From: a phage
Assembly (NCBI GenBank): GCA_021683455.1
Contig: GCA_021683455.1_3051.2
Reading direction: 5' to 3' (one strand)
Length of the DNA stretch: 32,167 nt
Below are positions 26,632 to 32,167 of the stretch, one piece after another. The translations under genes were made by a program, and so were the position numbers. The notes beneath the pieces were generated by a model, which ran no database searches, was not told the DNA's origin, and saw nothing but the letters and a program-made list of their open reading frames with translations. Every line of letters starts with the position of its first letter. Position 1 is the first letter of the stretch.

Positions 26632-26943
26632 ATGATTAGTTTTGAGCGGTATGTAGTAGAGAGTTGGAAGGGGTTTGATATGTTCGGTAATGACTATTAT
26701 TTTTACGAATGTAGTCTAAATCCTAGTTTTTGGGCTGGACGTGAACGAGATCTCGAAGAAATTAATGCTCGTGCCGAATTGTTAGGTGAACTGCCTACGG
26801 TTTATTTTACCTTTGATGCATCTGGATTTGTTATCCAGGTTTATTTTCCTGAAGAAAACTCTGGTGAGGATTCTGTTAATCCTCCTTATTGGGCTTACCA
26901 AGGAATTATTTCTCGTGGAACAAAACTCGAACTTAAAGAATAA
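26632..26943 (+). CDS. hypothetical protein
   Basis: 103-aa ORF. Confidence 0.5.
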   Translation: MISFERYVVESWKGFDMFGNDYYFYECSLNPSFWAGRERDLEEINARAELLGELPTVYFTFDASGFVIQVYFPEENSGEDSVNPPYWAYQGIISRGTKLELKE

Positions 26944-27238
26944 GATTGAAGTCTATGGAATTCCAGATGAAGTAGGTCGTTGTCCTGGATGTCAATCAGT
27001 TACAAAACTTCTAAAGGAGCTCAATGCTCCTTTTACTTTCTATAAAGTTCTTACTAATAATGGTAAGATTGAGTACGATCGCCCATTGATTGTATCTCTT
27101 GCTAAACGCGCTGGATTCACATCTCTTAATATTCGGTATCCTGTCATTTTCATTAATGATTCTAGACAAAAGAACATTAAACACTTCAAAGAAACTCTCA
27201 TTTCACTTGGATATGATAGAGATATCATAGAAGACTAA
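26915..27238 (+). CDS. nrdH: glutaredoxin-like protein (NrdH-like); start codon uncertain
   Basis: Domain begins KIEVYGIPDEVGRCPGCQ (CPGC redox motif); no in-frame ATG after upstream stop, candidates GTG 26915 or upstream ATG 26816 within previous ORF. Confidence 0.5.
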   Translation: MEQNSNLKNKIEVYGIPDEVGRCPGCQSVTKLLKELNAPFTFYKVLTNNGKIEYDRPLIVSLAKRAGFTSLNIRYPVIFINDSRQKNIKHFKETLISLGYDRDIIED

Positions 27239-27242
27239 GACG

Positions 27243-27265
27243 GGCCCTCTGGGCCTTTCTTTCTT
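27243..27265 (+). terminator. terminator-like hairpin (GGCCC-TCT-GGGCC + T-rich tail)
   Basis: 5-bp GC stem with TTTCTTTCTT. Confidence 0.55.
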
Positions 27266-27336
27266 ACATTCTGTATATTACCATTCTAAGCTATCGTTCC
27301 CTTCTTATCATTCCCTAAAATAATTTTCACAAAGTT

Positions 27337-27366
27337 GTTTACAACAAGTTCAAACCGTGGTATTAT
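27337..27366 (+). promoter_or_regulatory. early promoter (GTTTAC 27337-27342; TGGTATTAT 27358-27366)
   Basis: Follows terminator-like hairpin 27243-27265. Confidence 0.7.
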
Positions 27367-27396
27367 TAACATATGAATTACCTTTGAGGAATTGAT

Positions 27397-27573
27397 ATGA
27401 TTGATAAAGAGATTAAAATTGACCAGTACTATCGTGTTAACGGACATATCGTTATTGTTACAGCAGTCGATGATTTAGATGTTCATTATACTTTGCTTAA
27501 ATGGAACAAACGTTTGATTTGTGATCGTGCTGTATTTAGTTCAGTTGCTAAGGAAATTAAACTCCATGGGTAA
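27397..27573 (+). CDS. small hypothetical protein (58 aa)
   Basis: GAGGA SD then ATG 27397, after early promoter. Confidence 0.4.
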   Translation: MIDKEIKIDQYYRVNGHIVIVTAVDDLDVHYTLLKWNKRLICDRAVFSSVAKEIKLHG

Positions 27574-27859
27574 AACGTATCGTCGTAAAGACTTAAAAGT
27601 GCGTGATTATGACTATTTCGGAAAGCGTAAAGCTCCTGATGGTGTAAGTCATAAAGATATGGTTGAAAACATTTTTCGCTCAGATAAATGGCGTAGAATG
27701 AAAGGTATTGATTCAGAAGTTAAAGATGAGCTAAATCGCCAATTACGTGGTGAAGTAAGAAAGTTGAAAAAATCAGTTTACATTGACGATGATTTTGATT
27801 ATAATACTTCTCAACGAGTTGCTAAACGTAAATCAAACGAGTGTTATCGTTACAGCTGA
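27566..27859 (+). CDS. basic hypothetical protein
   Basis: ATG 27566 overlapping upstream ORF end; 97 aa, Lys/Arg-rich. Confidence 0.5.
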   Translation: MGKTYRRKDLKVRDYDYFGKRKAPDGVSHKDMVENIFRSDKWRRMKGIDSEVKDELNRQLRGEVRKLKKSVYIDDDFDYNTSQRVAKRKSNECYRYS

Positions 27860-27866
27860 GGAAAAT

Positions 27867-27998
27867 ATGAATATCAAACGAATGCTTTTTAAGCAGGGGT
27901 TATACACTTTAAATGTTGCACCAAAAGGCGATACGACTAAGTGGTCAGTAAATGACTGGATTAAATTTATTGATGAAAATGGTAACTGGAAAATTTAA
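27867..27998 (+). CDS. small hypothetical protein (43 aa)
   Basis: GAGGAAAA SD then ATG 27867. Confidence 0.35.
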   Translation: MNIKRMLFKQGLYTLNVAPKGDTTKWSVNDWIKFIDENGNWKI

Positions 27999-28199
27999 AT
28001 GAATCCTGAATCTAAATTATCGCAACGAATTGCTGAAGCTCGTCGTCAGTTCTTTGAAAATATGATAGCACAAGGTATTGATGACGAAGTTTTTCTGAAC
28101 TGGTTTTGGAATCACAAATATTCAAAATGCGCAGGAGCAATATTAATATCAGCTGCAATGATGTACGAAGGCTGGAAGGGCGCCAAACAGTTTAGCTAA
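27999..28199 (+). CDS. small hypothetical protein
   Basis: TAAATG overlap; followed by terminator. Confidence 0.5.
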   Translation: MNPESKLSQRIAEARRQFFENMIAQGIDDEVFLNWFWNHKYSKCAGAILISAAMMYEGWKGAKQFS

Positions 28200-28216
28200 G
28201 GGCTTCGGCCCTTTTT
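28199..28216 (+). terminator. intrinsic terminator (AGGGC-TTCG-GCCCT + TTTT)
   Basis: UUCG hairpin followed by T-run. Confidence 0.75.
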
Positions 28217-28251
28217 GGATAATAAAATTTTAACGTAATTGAGGATAATGT

Positions 28252-28578
28252 ATGACTATTCAAATTAAAAACGCCATCAATTCTTATGCATATGATAAAG
28301 TAGTTTCTCTGCTAGAAAAAGGCGATATTGTAACTCCTCAAATTTTAGATAAATGGGAAAAAGAGCTTCATCAGACGATGAAACAGAATGATCAGAAGAT
28401 TGGACGCAATACTGTCCGTGAATTGTTGGTTCAATATATCTTGTCAGAATTTGATGTTAAAGCTTTTGGTGTAGAATCTAAAGCTTATCAAAAACATGAA
28501 ATTTCCGATAAAACTATTCGTCGTATGAAAAATCAACGCAAGAAAAAATTTGCTGATCTGAAAATTGCTAAGGTATGA
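28252..28578 (+). CDS. hypothetical protein
   Basis: GAGGATAA SD; 108 aa. Confidence 0.55.
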   Translation: MTIQIKNAINSYAYDKVVSLLEKGDIVTPQILDKWEKELHQTMKQNDQKIGRNTVRELLVQYILSEFDVKAFGVESKAYQKHEISDKTIRRMKNQRKKKFADLKIAKV

Positions 28579-28580
28579 AT

Positions 28581-28796
28581 ATGAACGAAGCTCTTATTAA
28601 CGATTTACGTCTTGCCGGATATGAAGTAAATACAAATGGCATTGGTTTAACCCAAATTGAAGGAAACGGATTCATCCTTGAGTATGAATTTAGCCAATGG
28701 TGGTTATACGCTAATTACGGCGAATTGATTGAATACGTTGACCAATTTGATTCACTAGATGCAGCTCTTGAAGCGGCTAAGTTGATGAATGTATGA
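28581..28796 (+). CDS. small acidic protein
   Basis: ATG 28581 (AAGG 7 nt upstream); alternative ATG 28575. Confidence 0.5.
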   Translation: MNEALINDLRLAGYEVNTNGIGLTQIEGNGFILEYEFSQWWLYANYGELIEYVDQFDSLDAALEAAKLMNV

Positions 28797-29062
28797 AATT
28801 TATTAATATTTCTATTACTATTGAAAATTATGGAATTTTCTATGTTGACCAATACATGAAAATTTCATTTTTCCCAAATAAGACTGGTGTTGGATATTGG
28901 GAAAGCCATGTTTCTGAATTAAATGAAAGCGAATATGTTAGCACGCATGAAAAGTTTTTAGACTTTTTATATCATGCTGATTTAACTAGTCATTACATAG
29001 ATATTCATGAATTTAAAAAGATGATGGAGAAAGTATTCCAAGCATACTGCTTACTTAGATAA
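28793..29062 (+). CDS. hypothetical protein
   Basis: ATGA overlap; 89 aa. Confidence 0.5.
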   Translation: MKFINISITIENYGIFYVDQYMKISFFPNKTGVGYWESHVSELNESEYVSTHEKFLDFLYHADLTSHYIDIHEFKKMMEKVFQAYCLLR

Positions 29063-29140
29063 CTGATATCCTCTATGCTTTAAGATAGATCTTCAAATAT
29101 TATGATATAATAGATCTATGAATTGAGCTAAGAGGTGAAA

Positions 29141-29698
29141 ATGTCAGAAACTAAGCCTAAATATAATTACGTAAACAATAAAGAGCTTTTACAAGCTATT
29201 ATTGATTGGAAAACAGAATTAGCAAATAATAAAGACCCAAATAAAGTAGTTCGTCAGAATGATACTATCGGATTAGCCATTATGCTTATTGCAGAAGGCT
29301 TATCTAAACGTTTCAACTTTTCAGGATACACCCAGTCCTGGAAACAAGAAATGATTGCAGATGGTATAGAAGCTTCTATTAAGGGGCTTCACAATTTTGA
29401 TGAAACGAAATATAAAAACCCACATGCATATATAACTCAAGCTTGTTTTAATGCATTCGTCCAGCGTATTAAAAAAGAACGTAAGGAAGTTGCAAAGAAA
29501 TATAGTTACTTCGTTCACAATGTCTATGACAGCCGTGACGACGATATGGTTGCGTTAGTAGATGAAACTTTTATTCAAGACATCTACGATAAAATGACGC
29601 ATTACGAAGAATCAACCTATAGAACACCGGGGGCTGAAAAGAAAAGTGTTGTAGACGATTCTCCTAGTTTGGATTTTTTATATGAGGCTAACGATTAA
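29141..29698 (+). CDS. 55: late-transcription sigma factor gp55
   Basis: 185 aa from ATG 29141 (AGAGG SD; track 29135 is GTG); matches T4 gp55 size and N-terminus as I recall it. Confidence 0.88.
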
Positions 29699-29900
29699 CC
29701 TCTCCGGATTCTTGGAAGAAATACCTGAAGTTGAAGCTATTCCCTATTTACTTAAAATGTATCTCAGGGAAGTTTTAGCTCTTGACATTGATATTGATCC
29801 AGAAAATCCGTATGATACCGCTTTTAAATCTAATGGTGTAGAATTAAACTATCGGTATCATTTAACAGATGATGATTTTTATTTTATATTAGAGAAATAA
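29682..29900 (+). CDS. small acidic protein
   Basis: 72-aa ORF overlapping gene 55 3' end. Confidence 0.45.
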
Positions 29901-29901
29901 T

Positions 29902-30219
29902 ATGACTGATAAACCCGAAATTAATGATGAAGTGGAAAAGCTTATTTCTTCTATTGAAGAAAAGAACCGTCTTGAAGCAGAAAGAAAAGCAAATAAGTTA
30001 TTGTCTAAAAACAAACGCGAACTGAATCGTCTTTATAAGCACGCTCAGATCGCAGCTGAAAACAATAATTTTGCTCAATACGAATATGCTATCAAGAAAA
30101 GTCGGGATATTCTAAAACAGCCATATAACGATGAACTCATCAGTATTCTTTGGAAGACTACTAGATCGCAGATTGAGGATATGATTGATGCTTACACACG
30201 TAAAATTCAAGCGTCTTAA
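29902..30219 (+). CDS. helical hypothetical protein
   Basis: 105-aa ORF. Confidence 0.5.
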   Translation: MTDKPEINDEVEKLISSIEEKNRLEAERKANKLLSKNKRELNRLYKHAQIAAENNNFAQYEYAIKKSRDILKQPYNDELISILWKTTRSQIEDMIDAYTRKIQAS

Positions 30220-30391
30220 AATTAATGCAGGATTTACTGAATCTTTGAATGGTCATCTTTGTGTGAAAATTTCTGAAAAAGAATACCATGATAGTTCAAT
30301 TAAAGAAGTTAATCCTCCTATTGTAAGAGCAGACCCTAATATGAAAGTGTGGGTTGATTCTTATCAAGTCAAAAAATGGTGGCAACTATGA
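30188..30391 (+). CDS. small hypothetical protein
   Basis: ATG 30188 overlapping upstream ORF by ~30 nt; weak support. Confidence 0.35.
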   Translation: MLTHVKFKRLKINAGFTESLNGHLCVKISEKEYHDSSIKEVNPPIVRADPNMKVWVDSYQVKKWWQL

Positions 30392-30565
30392 AAGATGAAC
30401 ACCCAGACTTCTGAAATAGATTATAATAAAATTCGTTCCTCTAAAGAGGAAATGATGAGACGCTTTAAAGAGTCTCATGATAAAGCTAAAGCAGAAGGAA
30501 CTATAACATATAAGCGCATAAAATTTAAAAGTTCTAACGAGCCTCTATATGGCGTATTATGCGGA

Positions 30566-30583
30566 TAGGAGCTTCGGCTCCTA
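30566..30583 (+). terminator. TAGGAGC-TTCG-GCTCCTA hairpin upstream of agt (no U-tract)
   Basis: 7-bp stem with UUCG loop. Confidence 0.4.
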
Positions 30584-30634
30584 TATTGCTTTATAAATTT
30601 TTGGTAAAATAAACCAAAACAAAGAGGATATTAA

Positions 30635-31837
30635 ATGAAAGTATGTATTTTTATGGCTCGAGGTCTTGAAGGTTGTGGTGTAACTAAATTTTCTCTTGAG
30701 CAACGTGATTGGTTTATTAAAAATGGTCATGAAGTAACTTTGGTTTATGCTAAAGATAAATCATTTACTCGTAATTGTGCGCATGATTATAAATCATTTT
30801 CAATTCCGGTTTTATTGGCAAAAGAATATGATAAAACACTTAAGCTGGTAAATGATTGTGATATTCTAATTATCAATTCAGTTCCTGCTACTTCGGTTGA
30901 AGAAGACACCATCAATAACTATAAAAAAATTATTGATAACATTAAACCTTCTGTTCGTGTTGTAGTTTATCAGCATGACCATTCTTCTCTTTCTTTGCGT
31001 CGAAATTTGGGATTAGAAGAAACTGTTCGTCGAGCTGATGTTATTTTTAGCCATTCTGATAATGGTGATTTTAATAAAGTTCTGATGAAAGAATGGTATC
31101 CAGAAACAGTTTCTCTGTTTGATGATATTGAAGAAGCACCGACAGTATATAATTTTCAGCCTCCTATGGATATTGCGAAGGTTCGGTCAACCTACTGGAA
31201 AGATGTTTCTGAAATTAACATGAATATCAACCGTTGGATTGGTCGTACGACTACATGGAAAGGTTTTTATCAGATGTTTGATTTTCACGAAAAACATCTT
31301 AAACCTGCAGGACTAAGTACTATTATGGAAGGTCTGGAACGTTCTCCAGCGTTCATTCCTATTAAAGAAAAAGGAATTCCATACGAGTATTATCGTCTTC
31401 ATCAAGTAGACCAAATTAAAATTGCTCCTAATTTGCCAACGCAAATTCTTGACCGTTATGTAAATAGCGAAATGCTTGAACGCATGAGTAAATCCGGATT
31501 TGGTTATCAACTGAGTAAGTTGGACAAAAAATATTTACAACGTTCTTTAGAATATACTCATCTCGAGCTTGGTGCATGTGGAACAATTCCGGTATTTTGG
31601 AAATCTACTGGCGAAAATTTAAAATTCCGTGTTGATAATACTCCGCTAATTTCGCATGATAGCGGTATCGTTTGGTTTGATGAAAATGACATGGAATCAA
31701 CATTTGAACGTATTAAAGAACTGTCATCTGACCGAGCTCTTTATGACCGTGAACGCGAAAAAGCTTATGAATTTTTGTATCAGCACCAAGATTCAAGCTT
31801 CTGCTTTAAAGAGCAGTTTGACATTATTACAAAATAA
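30635..31837 (+). CDS. agt: DNA alpha-glucosyltransferase (glucosylates hydroxymethylcytosine)
   Basis: 400 aa closely matching T4 alpha-glucosyltransferase as I recall it (…ICIFMARGLEGCGVTKFSLEQRDWFIKNGHEVTLVYAKDK…); AAGAGGA SD; terminator follows. Confidence 0.92.
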   Translation: MKVCIFMARGLEGCGVTKFSLEQRDWFIKNGHEVTLVYAKDKSFTRNCAHDYKSFSIPVLLAKEYDKTLKLVNDCDILIINSVPATSVEEDTINNYKKIIDNIKPSVRVVVYQHDHSSLSLRRNLGLEETVRRADVIFSHSDNGDFNKVLMKEWYPETVSLFDDIEEAPTVYNFQPPMDIAKVRSTYWKDVSEINMNINRWIGRTTTWKGFYQMFDFHEKHLKPAGLSTIMEGLERSPAFIPIKEKGIPYEYYRLHQVDQIKIAPNLPTQILDRYVNSEMLERMSKSGFGYQLSKLDKKYLQRSLEYTHLELGACGTIPVFWKSTGENLKFRVDNTPLISHDSGIVWFDENDMESTFERIKELSSDRALYDREREKAYEFLYQHQDSSFCFKEQFDIITK

Positions 31838-31853
31838 AGGGCTTCGGCCCTTT
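31836..31853 (+). terminator. hairpin/terminator after agt (AAAGGGC-TTCG-GCCCTTT)
   Basis: 7-bp stem with UUCG loop; U residues partly within stem. Confidence 0.55.
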
Positions 31854-31876
31854 AGCTTTATACGGAGTTTGATATA

Positions 31877-32017
31877 ATGATATTTCTTGGATATGTGATT
31901 CTTTTTCTTGCATTTTATCTATTCACTAGAGCATGTTGGATTGGATTCTTTAGCACTCCAGATGGATTTATTTCAATAATTTTATTTTGCATTTCAATGA
32001 CGGTTCTTGATATATGA
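31877..32017 (+). CDS. small hydrophobic protein (46 aa)
   Basis: GGAG SD then ATG 31877; single transmembrane-like segment. Confidence 0.4.
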   Translation: MIFLGYVILFLAFYLFTRACWIGFFSTPDGFISIILFCISMTVLDI

Positions 32018-32167
32018 AAAAATATATAACTTATTTAACAATATATAGTGGAGATAAACTTCCTCCTTTTTATATTGGATCTACGTCTTTAGATAGGCAT
32101 TTAGCTGGATATCATGGTTCAGTTTTATCTAAAAAGTATAAGAAAATTTATAATAAAGAGCTTTCAG
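32014..32167 (+). CDS. GIY-YIG nuclease-like protein, N-terminal fragment (runs off window end)
   Basis: ATGA overlap; TYLTIYSGDKLPPFYIGSTSLDRHLAGYH fits GIY-x9-YIGS-x-x-L-x-x-R-x-x-x-H spacing of GIY-YIG domain. Confidence 0.5.
   Translation, partial: MKKYITYLTIYSGDKLPPFYIGSTSLDRHLAGYHGSVLSKKYKKIYNKELS

Noticed and set aside
29076-29111. Middle promoter upstream of gene 55 (TGCTTTA at 29076-29082, TATAAT at 29106-29111)
   Set aside because: Box-to-(-10) spacing is ~23 nt rather than the ~12 nt required, so left unannotated.

Overview
This 32.2-kb window reads as the early/middle region of a T4-like (T-even) coliphage. All convincing genes lie on the + strand and are colinear with phage T4 as I remember it: e.8–e.2 ORF cluster, nudE, lysozyme e, an internal-protein gene, vs.8–vs.3-position ORFs, regB, vs.1, vs, tk.4–tk.1-position ORFs, tk, rI, an nrdC.11–nrdC.1-like block, nrdC, pin, gene 49, nrdD, nrdG, an nrdH-like glutaredoxin, gene 55 and alpha-glucosyltransferase. 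Lysozyme differs from T4 lysozyme at about three residues by my recollection, so this is a close relative rather than T4 itself. Expression signals are typical: GTTTAC(-35)/TGGTATAAT-like early promoters, TATAAATA late promoters, GGGC-TTCG-GCCC type terminators, GGAG Shine-Dalgarno sites and many ATGA stop/start overlaps. Differences from the T4 layout: no denV-like ORF, only one CTS-bearing ip gene (possibly frameshifted), no mobC/mobD/I-TevIII, an uninterrupted nrdD, and a GIY-YIG-like ORF beginning after agt at the window edge. Most worth a second look: a nucleotidyltransferase-fold protein next to an AAA+-like ATPase (13771–15871), four tandem genes sharing a C-terminal coiled-coil module (17328–21280), a macro-domain protein (8457–8936), a GrcA-like glycyl-radical module with host-like codon usage (5926–6288), and a candidate Vs.4/Acb2-position ORF (6502–6768). 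Everything is from reading the sequence and ORF track; no searches, alignments or GC calculations were run, and names for uncharacterised ORFs rest on gene order and size only.
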